Assembly: GCA_037444665.1 (NCBI GenBank)
Contig: JBBILZ010000031.1
Coordinates: forward strand, 1-30,762
Origin: a candidate division WOR-3 bacterium
GTDB lineage: Bacteria > Hydrothermota > Tepidihabitantia > SM23-42 > JAOAFX01
Direction of reading: 5' to 3'
DNA length: 30,762 nt
The position numbers and the translations under genes are program-made. Positions within the stretch are counted from its first letter, which is position 1. The number at the start of each line of letters is the position of its first letter. Below the pieces are notes generated by a model. The model did not search any database and was not told the DNA's origin. It saw only the letters and a program-made list of their open reading frames with translations. Below are positions 10,113 through 18,221 of this stretch, in pieces.

Positions 10113-10979
10113 TTACTCCTTGTTGCTGAATATCTCCTTTACAAAATTTAGCCTTGTTTCTATACGCCTTTTTATGATTGGTTCTTTATCATCTTTGTAT
10201 ACAGTTAGGTTATCTTCAAAGGTCCGCCTGTGGGTATTGATATAGAATATTCCTAATGGCAATCTGTCCATCTCGCAAGCCCTTTTGAAGGCTTCAAACC
10301 TATTATAAGGCTCGTATGAGTCTTCAAGATAGTAGGTATTCTTTTTAAACCACTCATAAGTATTCACACGGTTGAAAGATACACAAGGTTGGAATATGTC
10401 CACGAGTGCATAACCCCTATGTTGTATTGCTTTTTTGATTATCTCTTTAGTCTGAACAATGTCGCCAATGAATGCCCTTGCGACAAATGATGCATCTAAT
10501 GCGATGGCAACTGCAATTGGATTGAATGGTAGTTCAAATACACCATCAATTTGAACCGGGGTTTTGAAACCAAGTAGACTTGTTGGTGATGCCTGTCCTT
10601 TGGTCAGACCATAGACCATATTATTGTGGACTAAATTCGTAATATCAGGATTGCGTCTGATCGTATGGATGAAATGATTGCCGCCTTCGCCATAGGTACA
10701 TCCATCGCCGCTAACTGCAACAACCGTCAATTCAGGATTTACTGCCTTTATTGCGGTTGCCGAAGAAAGGTATCGCCCATGTAGCCCGTTAAAAAGATTG
10801 CACTTTAAATAATGGGGAAGTTTTGCTGCCTGCCCAATACCCGAGACGACTACGAGATTTTCGGTTGCGACATTTAACTCTGCGAGTACGTCCTTTAATA
10901 CATTCAATATGCCAAAATTTCCACATCCTGGACACCAGGCAATATCAATATTTTCTAAATCGAAATTACCTTTTTTCAT
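10113..10979 (-). CDS. 2-oxoacid:ferredoxin oxidoreductase beta subunit
   Basis: [24 protein letters not shown]...[13 protein letters not shown] and QPCVSFN. Confidence 0.93.
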   Translation of the reverse strand: MKKGNFDLENIDIAWCPGCGNFGILNVLKDVLAELNVATENLVVVSGIGQAAKLPHYLKCNLFNGLHGRYLSSATAIKAVNPELTVVAVSGDGCTYGEGGNHFIHTIRRNPDITNLVHNNMVYGLTKGQASPTSLLGFKTPVQIDGVFELPFNPIAVAIALDASFVARAFIGDIVQTKEIIKKAIQHRGYALVDIFQPCVSFNRVNTYEWFKKNTYYLEDSYEPYNRFEAFKRACEMDRLPLGIFYINTHRRTFEDNLTVYKDDKEPIIKRRIETRLNFVKEIFSNKE

Positions 10980-10981
10980 AA

Positions 10982-11392
10982 CTAAATCTTCTGCCTTATT
11001 TCAATCATATTTCCATCTGGGTCTTTAATAAAATAAACAGAATGCCCGTCTCGTCTGATTTTTAAAATTTTTATTTTTTGTTTAAATACATTCTTTATGA
11101 AAGTTTCCCTGTCTTCAACAACCAATCCGAAGTGATTGATACCGCTGAAAATTTTCTGTTTCTTAGCGCTAAATTTCTTGTGTGGCTCAAATAACTCAAG
11201 CATCATACCTTCAGATTGAAGCCGATAAAAACAGCAGGTGGTATTAAGACCAAAGATTTTTTTGACGATGTCTTTTGTAAGCCTCTGACTGCTCATAAGT
11301 TTAAATCCCAGTTTATTTTTGTAGAATTTTATCAAACTGAAGGCATTATCTGTCCATAGTCCAATATGGTCTACACTGTATTTTTTCATCAT
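10982..11392 (-). CDS. VOC/glyoxalase family protein
   Basis: DHIGL, FY...LGF, LELF, GINHFGL and [12 protein letters not shown]. Confidence 0.88.
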   Translation of the reverse strand: MMKKYSVDHIGLWTDNAFSLIKFYKNKLGFKLMSSQRLTKDIVKKIFGLNTTCCFYRLQSEGMMLELFEPHKKFSAKKQKIFSGINHFGLVVEDRETFIKNVFKQKIKILKIRRDGHSVYFIKDPDGNMIEIRQKI

Positions 11393-13074
11393 AATTCCCT
11401 CTCAATAGCAGATTTAATTCCTTCCACAGAAAAGGGTAAACCGTCATATTTCAGGATTGAACTATGCGCAGAGATTCCAAAAAAGAGTTTGATGAGTTTT
11501 CTGAACTGACCTGTAGCATTATTCTCTATGACAATAATCTTCTCTGCCTTCCTTAGAAATATTTCGGTATCAGGGTGGAGGGGATAGACCTGGCTGAAGT
11601 GGAGCATTGCAATGTCTGATTGATTCATTTCTTCAATTGCCTCCTTAACAACATTATAATTAGAACCCCAGCAGATGGCAAGGGTTTTGTAATCAAAAGA
11701 ACCAACGAGCTCAGGTGGGACTATTTCATTCTTGATTAGTTTCATTTTTTTGAATAGTTTATCTACCATTGCTGGCCTCAATTCTAAGTCTTCTGAGATG
11801 TGTCCATATTCATCATGGTGGTGGCAATCAGCATTGACAAATCCGTCACCAAATCCTGGAATGCTACGCGGAGAGACGCCGTCTTCGGTTAATTTGTAGC
11901 GTTTGTAATCCTTTGTTGTCCTTACTATTGCTGGCTCAATTTTGAGCTTACTAAGGTCAAAGGGCGCAACATTGTATGAAGATTCAATGAAGAACTGGTC
12001 TGTAAGAATAAATACTGGTACCTGGTATTTATCAGCAAGATTGAATGCTTTCTGGCTGAGATAGAACCCTTGTTCTAATGTGCCTGGAGCAAAGATTATT
12101 CGTGGATATTCTCCATGGCCTGCATATAGTGCAAGTTCAAGGTCAGCCTGCTCAGTCCTTGTCGGAAGTCCTGTTGCTGGACCAGGCCTTTGAGCAAGAT
12201 GGATTACAATTGGAGTCTCCTGGATTGCAGCAAGGCTCAATCCTTCGGTCATCAAATCAAATCCACCACCAGATGTGGTAACCATTGAACGGGCACCAGC
12301 ATAAGAAGCGCCAATACCCATATTCATTGCTGATATTTCATCTTCTGCCTGTTCTGTGATTATTCCGAGTTCTTTGGAATGCCGGGCAAGGTATGTCCAG
12401 ACACTACTGGAAGGGGTCATCGGATAAGCGGCAATAAAGTTACAACCACCTGCAATCGCACCGAGTGCTATTGCCTCAGAACCGTCCATTATTTTTCCTT
12501 CTAAAAGATTTTTTGAAAAAGCCACATCAAGCATTATATCCTTTTTCAACTCCTTCCCTTTATCATAGCCCATTTTCGCCGCAGCCATATTATTATTAAC
12601 CACTATCTCGCCTTTACGCTGAAAGTTCTGCCTGAGATAGTCATTTAGAACATCAATCTTGAAATTTAACAATCCGGCAATTGCACCAACCGCAACAATA
12701 TTTGCATAAATTGGACTACCAATTTCTTTTGATATATGGGAAAAATGAATTTCGTATATCTTGTATCCTGCTTCTATGATATCACCAATAATAATGGTCC
12801 TCGTTGAGATTCTCTTTTGCAGGTGTTTGAATGCATTGCGACTCAAGGGTATTAATATATCAATTCTATCTATTGGAGCACGGACCTGTTCTAAACCAAT
12901 ACGAATTTCTGTAGAATTTGTCCCACCCCTTATCCTTGACATCAATTCAGTTGTGGAGAAGACATTTAATCTATGTCTGTGTGCAAGGAAGAGAAGGGCA
13001 TCAGAAACAGTATTTATACCCTGCCCGGCTTCTCCGCAGAGCACTAATGAAATATCTCTTTTATTGCTCGCCAT
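11389..13074 (-). CDS. 2-oxoacid:ferredoxin oxidoreductase alpha subunit (gamma-alpha fused)
   Basis: GEAGQGI, SRIRGG, YPMTPSS, QAEDEI, TSGGGF and QRPGPATGLPTRTEQ. Confidence 0.93.
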   Translation of the reverse strand: MASNKRDISLVLCGEAGQGINTVSDALLFLAHRHRLNVFSTTELMSRIRGGTNSTEIRIGLEQVRAPIDRIDILIPLSRNAFKHLQKRISTRTIIIGDIIEAGYKIYEIHFSHISKEIGSPIYANIVAVGAIAGLLNFKIDVLNDYLRQNFQRKGEIVVNNNMAAAKMGYDKGKELKKDIMLDVAFSKNLLEGKIMDGSEAIALGAIAGGCNFIAAYPMTPSSSVWTYLARHSKELGIITEQAEDEISAMNMGIGASYAGARSMVTTSGGGFDLMTEGLSLAAIQETPIVIHLAQRPGPATGLPTRTEQADLELALYAGHGEYPRIIFAPGTLEQGFYLSQKAFNLADKYQVPVFILTDQFFIESSYNVAPFDLSKLKIEPAIVRTTKDYKRYKLTEDGVSPRSIPGFGDGFVNADCHHHDEYGHISEDLELRPAMVDKLFKKMKLIKNEIVPPELVGSFDYKTLAICWGSNYNVVKEAIEEMNQSDIAMLHFSQVYPLHPDTEIFLRKAEKIIVIENNATGQFRKLIKLFFGISAHSSILKYDGLPFSVEGIKSAIEREL

Positions 13075-13076
13075 TA

Positions 13077-13580
13077 TCAAAATTTTTTGAACTTGCTACT
13101 CGGTGCGCCACAGACCGGACAGTATTCTGGTGGCTTTCCAATATGGGTGAAACCACAGACCGGGCAGATATAGACCTCTTTTATATCAATATCCTTGCCC
13201 TTTTCCGCACTTGCCTTTGCATCTGTATACATCTTCATATGAATCTTTTCCGCTTCAAGCGCATAATGGGTTGACTGCTCTGCACCCTTTTCGTTCTGAA
13301 ACTTTGCTGTGTTATTAAAGACCGGATACATCTCATCAACTTCGTATGTCTCACCATCAATACCGGTCTGAAGATTGTCAGGGGTCTTTTTGATGATACC
13401 CAAATTCCTTGCATGATTTGTGGCATGCACCTGCTCAGCATAGGCGATTGCCTTGAAGAGTCGGGCAATATTGGGTAATCCTTCTTTTTCTGCAATTTCA
13501 CTAAATATCAAATACTTCATATGTGCCATTGACTCTCCGGCAAATGCTTCGTTCAGTGCCTTCTCTGTCATCTTTTTCAT
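13077..13580 (-). CDS. rbr: Rubrerythrin
   Basis: AFAGESMA, AEQVHA, GETYE, AEKIH and C-terminal CPVC...CPVC rubredoxin domain; SD GGAGG before ATG 13580. Confidence 0.93.
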   Translation of the reverse strand: MKKMTEKALNEAFAGESMAHMKYLIFSEIAEKEGLPNIARLFKAIAYAEQVHATNHARNLGIIKKTPDNLQTGIDGETYEVDEMYPVFNNTAKFQNEKGAEQSTHYALEAEKIHMKMYTDAKASAEKGKDIDIKEVYICPVCGFTHIGKPPEYCPVCGAPSSKFKKF

Positions 13581-13604
13581 TTTGACCTCCTGTTTGCTGC
13601 GCAA

Positions 13605-13997
13605 CTAAACCTTTATCTCCAGTGCATTTTGCCATAGCCCGTGGATATTACAATAAGAGAATGCGAAGATTGTTCCAGATTTTTCGGTTTTAAAGACAAA
13701 TGTCGCCTCAGGATGGGTATAAACCGTGCTTGTATTTGGGCCATTTGTTGATGAACCATGGCTCAAAAATTCAAACCTACCAATATGATAGGGAAATTTT
13801 TCAGCTTCTGGATAGAAATAGACATCAATCCAGGCAATATGATGCTCAGTAGTATTCGGATGGGCAATCTCTTTTCCCACGCTCACTGTAACTTTAAAAT
13901 TTTCTCCTTTTTTTATTTTTTCCGGTGCCTCAATCACCGGTGTATGTTTCTCTTTTTTCCAGTCAGCAGACTGGATTATTTTTGATATTTCTATCAT
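13605..13997 (-). CDS. sor: Superoxide reductase (neelaredoxin / class II SOR)
   Basis: EKHTP, HPNTTEHHIAWI and YCNIHG; SD GGAGGA before ATG 13997. Confidence 0.93.
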   Translation of the reverse strand: MIEISKIIQSADWKKEKHTPVIEAPEKIKKGENFKVTVSVGKEIAHPNTTEHHIAWIDVYFYPEAEKFPYHIGRFEFLSHGSSTNGPNTSTVYTHPEATFVFKTEKSGTIFAFSYCNIHGLWQNALEIKV

Positions 13998-14012
13998 ATT
14001 TCCTCCTGTAAT

Positions 14013-14057
14013 TTTAGTGTCCATCCCTGATTTTCATCAGGGCAGGCATCAGATGGA
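14013..14057. repeat. REP-like palindromic repeat, copy 1 (direct repeat of 14528-14572)
   Basis: 40/45 nt identical to 14528-14572; TCCAT...ATGGA outer arms around CCCTGAT-TTTC-ATCAGGG. Confidence 0.8.
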
Positions 14058-14061
14058 CCGA

Positions 14062-14481
14062 TTAAAACTCTTCTTTTAGCCAATTTTCTATTCTGTCTTT
14101 TATCTGGTCACGAACCTTTCTAAACACCTCAAGTTGTTCTTCTTCACTGCCCGTAGCCTTAGCCGGGTCTTCAAAAGGCCAGTGTAATCTAACTGCAACA
14201 CCAGGGAATGTTGGGCATTTTTCTTTTGCATCATCACAGACCGTGATTATATAACTGAAGTGCTCACTTAATAAATCACTTGCAGACTTTGAAGTTTGTT
14301 TTGAAATATCAATACCTCTTTCCGCCATAGCCTTGATAGCCAGTGGATGGACACGGGTGGGCTCAATACCAGCACTAAATACTTCAAAACGGTCTCCAGC
14401 AATATCTCTTAATAGGCCTTCTGCCATCTGGCTCCGGGCAGAGTTATGATAACAGAGGAAAAGTACCCTCGGTTTGTTCAT
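14062..14481 (-). CDS. arsC: Arsenate reductase, thioredoxin-type (LMWPTP family)
   Basis: CYHNSARSQMAE P-loop, TVCDDAKEKCP resolving cysteines and HWPFEDP; SD AAGGAG before ATG 14481. Confidence 0.9.
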   Translation of the reverse strand: MNKPRVLFLCYHNSARSQMAEGLLRDIAGDRFEVFSAGIEPTRVHPLAIKAMAERGIDISKQTSKSASDLLSEHFSYIITVCDDAKEKCPTFPGVAVRLHWPFEDPAKATGSEEEQLEVFRKVRDQIKDRIENWLKEEF

Positions 14482-14527
14482 AAATTTTCTCCTTTCTTTT
14501 GCATCCATCATAATTTCTATCCTTGAC

Positions 14528-14572
14528 TTTAGCGTCCATGCCTGATTATCATCAGGGCGGGCTTCAGATGGA
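14528..14572. repeat. REP-like palindromic repeat, copy 2
   Basis: TTTAGCGTCCATGCCTGATTATCATCAGGGCGGGCTTCAGATGGA; shares TAGCGTCCAT with 29965-29974. Confidence 0.8.
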
Positions 14573-14598
14573 ATGATAAACCCATAGCTACCTTTTGA

Positions 14599-14724
14599 TT
14601 AGTTAATCTTTTTCATTGGTTCACCACAACAAACCAATTCTCCGCCACCTACTTCTTTAACTTCCACGACATTGCCACATATTTCACACTTAAAGACTTC
14701 ACCAACTTTGGTGACATTAGCCAT
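14599..14724 (-). CDS. Desulforedoxin (41 aa, FeS4 domain); not in the ORF track
   Basis: [41 protein letters not shown] (CxxC...CC); SD AGGAGG. Confidence 0.92.
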   Translation of the reverse strand: MANVTKVGEVFKCEICGNVVEVKEVGGGELVCCGEPMKKIN

Positions 14725-14726
14725 TT

Positions 14727-15191
14727 TTACCTCCTTTTATTTATTTTTAGCCCTTTTGAGCCTTTTAGACAATCCTTACATATTCCTTTAAAATATCCAT
14801 GCACTTCCTGGATCTTATGTCCTTTAATCAATTTCTTTTTGCTGAGGGTTAAAGGACACTTTACATCAATATCATACAACCGCCCACATTTAAGGCACAA
14901 AAAGTGATGGTGGCTTTCTGTATTCTGGTCATATCTGATTTCAGCACCAGTGATAGTCAAGGCAGTTAATAACCCCCTTTTATAAAAAGAATTCATAGTA
15001 TTATAGACTGTTGCCAGTGAGATCACCGGTAGTTCCTTATGCAATGACTCATAAATCTTTTCAGCAGTGGGATGGGCATATTGATGTTTTATAATATGTT
15101 CAAGAACCTTTAACCTTTGAAAAGTGGGTCGCAAACCTGCGTTAACAAGCATTGTTTTTAATTTTTCTATTTTTGGAATTATTCTAATCAT
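14727..15191 (-). CDS. perR: Fur-family regulator, PerR-like
   Basis: [31 protein letters not shown] and G.CKDC; heads the peroxide/superoxide genes. Confidence 0.85.
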   Translation of the reverse strand: MIRIIPKIEKLKTMLVNAGLRPTFQRLKVLEHIIKHQYAHPTAEKIYESLHKELPVISLATVYNTMNSFYKRGLLTALTITGAEIRYDQNTESHHHFLCLKCGRLYDIDVKCPLTLSKKKLIKGHKIQEVHGYFKGICKDCLKGSKGLKINKRR

Positions 15192-15225
15192 ATAATCATT
15201 ATAATCAATTTTTAGACAATGTCAA
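15173..15225 (-). promoter_or_regulatory. sigma70 promoter overlapped by two PerR-box-like operators
   Basis: TTGACA (15225-15220), N16, TATAAT (15203-15198). ATATAATCATTATAA (15190-15204) has one mismatch to TTATAATnATTATAA; second box TTGGAATTATTCTAA at 15173-15187. Confidence 0.75.
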
Positions 15226-15275
15226 GGGGGAAAATGTTTAGGCATGCAGTCTTCGTTATCGTTCGGATGAATCCG

Positions 15276-15311
15276 AAAAAAAAGTAGGGACAGGGGTCAG
15301 CCCCTGTCCCT
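15276..15311 (-). terminator. Rho-independent terminator of the beta-propeller gene
   Basis: AGGGACAGGGG-CTGA-CCCCTGTCCCT followed by AC and T8 on the minus strand. Confidence 0.8.
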
Positions 15312-15323
15312 GAGTTCCTAAAT

Positions 15324-17954
15324 CTACTCTTTTAACCTCACTATCTTCTTTGTTTCACTGTAAGAGCCGGTCCTGATTTTGCAGAAATATACCCCATCAG
15401 ACACTGACTTTCCATTTTCATCAGTTCCATCCCATTTTGTTCTGTATATCCCTGGATTTTTACATACCTTTTCAAGAGTCTTTATCAATCGGCCAGATGC
15501 ATCATAAATAGTTATCTGGGCATTGGTTATTGGATTATTTATCTCAAAATATATCTCAGTAGTATTTTTGAATGGATTGGGTATGCTCTGCAGGAATAAC
15601 CTTCCGGGATTAATAGGCATATCTTCCTCAATACCAATCAATGAATAAAGGTAACCCCAGATGCGCATTGTGTTAACTGGTTTGTTATTGATCTGGTCAA
15701 CATAACCTGAATAGACCGTAAATATTTGACCCCCTGAACCAATTGCGAATGCTGGGTCAATTTGGTTGCCGGTTTGAGTAGAGACAGTAAAATTCTGAAT
15801 CACGACACCATTTAAATCAACCAAGGCACCAAAGATATCCCATGAGCCATTGCGTGTATCCTGCCATAGCACAACATAGTTTGTGCCATCAAAGGCAACT
15901 GCTGGTGCCATTTGCGAACTAATATTAGTGCATATTGGTATCCCTGCCGGGTCAAGGACTGTGCCAGTTGGATTTATACGCGCACCATAGATATCATAAC
16001 CACCATTACGGGTATCAAGCCATACAATGAGATAATTGGTTCCACCAAATGCAATCGCTGGAGTCATCTGGCTCCCGGAAGCAGTGGAGACTGCTATGCC
16101 TGAAGGATTAAGGACCGAACCTGTTTGGCTCACCCTTGTAGCATAGATATCAGAAACAGAACTATTATTTCTATAATCTTCCCAGACAACGAGATAATTT
16201 GTGCCATCAAATGCAATATCAGGACAGACCTGGGCATTTGAAGCACTTGAGATGGCAATGCCTGAAGGCTCAAGGACTGTTCCGTTCTGCGTTACTCTTG
16301 CCCCATAAATATTACAGTTTGTAGTGGTCCTATAATCTTCCCATACCACAAGGAAGTTAGTGTCACCAAAGGCAACTGTAGGATTTTCCTGGTCATTTGT
16401 AGCACCGGAGATAATGAATCCATTCGGATTAATGACTGTTCCTGCATGCGAGACCAAGGTCCCATAGATATTATAATTTGCTGTGCGATTATCTTCCCAT
16501 ACTACGAGATAGATTGTATCTCCAAAGGCAACATCCGGCGCCATTTGATTGTTTACTGCAGTTGAAATGTTGATGCAGGAAGGGTCAAGAACCACACCAT
16601 TCTGGTCAACTCGTGCACCGCGGATATTGTAATAGCCATAAGAGGTCGCATCTTCCCAGACTGTCAGATAATTTGTGCCATCAAAGGCAGCTGAAGGGGC
16701 AACTTGGTAATTAATCGTTGAGGATACAAGAATCCCATTTGGGTCAAGCACGGTTGCTGTGGTGTTTACCCTGGTGCCATAAATATCAAAATTGGTATTA
16801 TTTCGATAATCGTCCCAGACCACAAAATAATTAGTTCCACCAAAGGTTATTGCTGGATAGAGCTGGTCGTATGAAGCGGTTGATATATATCGTCCATTAG
16901 GGTCAAGGACCGATGCATTCTGTGTAACACGTGCGCCATAAATATTATGGGTAGAACTTCTAAAGTCATCCCAGACCACCAAATAGTTTGTGCCATCAAA
17001 GGCAACCGCGGGAAAGTATTGTCCATTTTGTGCATAGGTTGATATGGCAAATCCGTCCGGGTCAAGGACTGTCCCGGAAGCACTGACGCGTGCTCCATAT
17101 ATATCTTCCCTTGTTCCGCTTCTACGGTCACCCCATACTACCAAACAATTCGTTCCATCAAAGGCAACTGCAGGATACCATTGATAGCCAGTTGCATATG
17201 ATATATCAAAACCTGAAGGGTCAAGGACTGTTCCTGAAGTATTCACCCTTGCCCCACGAATGTCCCATTCACTACTTACTCTGTGTTGCCAGACCACAAG
17301 ATAATTTGTGCCGTTATAGATAATGGCTGGTGATTGTTGTTCCAATACGTCGGTTGATATGGCAATTCCATTTGTATCAATAAGAACACCGGATTGGTTT
17401 ACCCGTGCACCATAAATATCAGGATATGTACCATTCCTGTAATCAGTCCAGACTACAAGATAATTCGTTCCATCAAAGGCGATAGCAGGTTCAGATTGAT
17501 TACTATTGGCAGTTGAGATGGAAATGCCATTTGTATCAAGCAACACACCTGAGGTACTGACCCTTGCACCATAAATATCTGAGTTGCCATTCCTCTCATC
17601 TTTCCAAACTACAAAAAAATTTGTGCCGTCAAAGGCAACCGCAGGGTCGGTCTGGTTTTGATTTGCAGAAGAAATAACGAACCCTGAGGGAAAAAGGAGT
17701 GTCCCTGATTGGTTCACTATGGTTCCATAAATATTATAGTCGGTGCTATTTCGTAGATCTTCCCAGACAATCAAGTAATTCGTGCCATCAAACGCAATGG
17801 CTGAACTCTGCTGGTCATAAGGCACTGATTGGTAGTTTACGATTGTGTCTATTAAAAACATTCCATCCCGTTGATGCCCAGGTGGCTTATCAGCATGCCC
17901 AATACCTGTTAACAATAAAAGCACCAAGGTATAAATTAATGTTTGTTTGGCCAT
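15324..17954 (-). CDS. Secreted repeat protein (13 full + 1 degenerate ~53-aa repeats, likely double beta-propeller) with FlgD-Ig/T9SS-like C-terminal domain
   Basis: Signal peptide MAKQTLIYTLVLLLLTGIGHA; repeats Q..PAVAFDGTNYLVVWED.R...DIYGARV...G.VLDP.GI.IS; GIEE...PNPF...WDGTDENG..V..GVYF. Confidence 0.88.
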   Translation of the reverse strand: MAKQTLIYTLVLLLLTGIGHADKPPGHQRDGMFLIDTIVNYQSVPYDQQSSAIAFDGTNYLIVWEDLRNSTDYNIYGTIVNQSGTLLFPSGFVISSANQNQTDPAVAFDGTNFFVVWKDERNGNSDIYGARVSTSGVLLDTNGISISTANSNQSEPAIAFDGTNYLVVWTDYRNGTYPDIYGARVNQSGVLIDTNGIAISTDVLEQQSPAIIYNGTNYLVVWQHRVSSEWDIRGARVNTSGTVLDPSGFDISYATGYQWYPAVAFDGTNCLVVWGDRRSGTREDIYGARVSASGTVLDPDGFAISTYAQNGQYFPAVAFDGTNYLVVWDDFRSSTHNIYGARVTQNASVLDPNGRYISTASYDQLYPAITFGGTNYFVVWDDYRNNTNFDIYGTRVNTTATVLDPNGILVSSTINYQVAPSAAFDGTNYLTVWEDATSYGYYNIRGARVDQNGVVLDPSCINISTAVNNQMAPDVAFGDTIYLVVWEDNRTANYNIYGTLVSHAGTVINPNGFIISGATNDQENPTVAFGDTNFLVVWEDYRTTTNCNIYGARVTQNGTVLEPSGIAISSASNAQVCPDIAFDGTNYLVVWEDYRNNSSVSDIYATRVSQTGSVLNPSGIAVSTASGSQMTPAIAFGGTNYLIVWLDTRNGGYDIYGARINPTGTVLDPAGIPICTNISSQMAPAVAFDGTNYVVLWQDTRNGSWDIFGALVDLNGVVIQNFTVSTQTGNQIDPAFAIGSGGQIFTVYSGYVDQINNKPVNTMRIWGYLYSLIGIEEDMPINPGRLFLQSIPNPFKNTTEIYFEINNPITNAQITIYDASGRLIKTLEKVCKNPGIYRTKWDGTDENGKSVSDGVYFCKIRTGSYSETKKIVRLKE

Positions 17955-17997
17955 AAGTACCTCCTTTTCAGTCTTAGGTTTCATTAACTATGTGATA

Positions 17998-18013
17998 TGC
18001 AAATGCTGTGCCA
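17998..18013 (-). promoter_or_regulatory. sigma54 (-24/-12) promoter
   Basis: TGGCAC-AGCAT-TTGCA, a consensus match, 43 nt upstream of ATG 17954. Confidence 0.8.
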
Positions 18014-18051
18014 GAAAATCCTATGAAATTTGATGATTTTTTTATAGATAA

Positions 18052-18086
18052 TGTTCATTTTTGAACAATTGTTTAATTTAGGAACA
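18052..18086. promoter_or_regulatory. Putative enhancer (bEBP) sites
   Basis: TGTTCA-TTTT-TGAACA (TGT-N10-ACA, 18052-18067) and TGTTTAATTTAGGAACA (18070-18086), upstream of the sigma54 site. Confidence 0.5.
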
Positions 18087-18221
18087 GTTACTGGCCTATC
18101 TAAAACCTTTTTCCAATATTTAGTAAAGACCAGAAATAAATTCAGGGTGACAGAAAGGAATAATGTGATGCTGAACTTGTTTCATGGGTCGTTTCAGCAT
18201 CTTGTCGAATTTCTTATTAAA

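Noticed and set aside
13605..14724. A broken two-iron desulfoferrodoxin gene
   Set aside because: Both parts have their own SD, start and stop, and the SOR has the neelaredoxin-type N-terminus, so they are two intact genes.
15324..17954. CRISPR or DNA tandem array suggested by recurring GTGCCATCAAAGGCA / GGGTCAAGGAC
   Set aside because: These are degenerate in-frame protein repeats, not repeat-spacer units.
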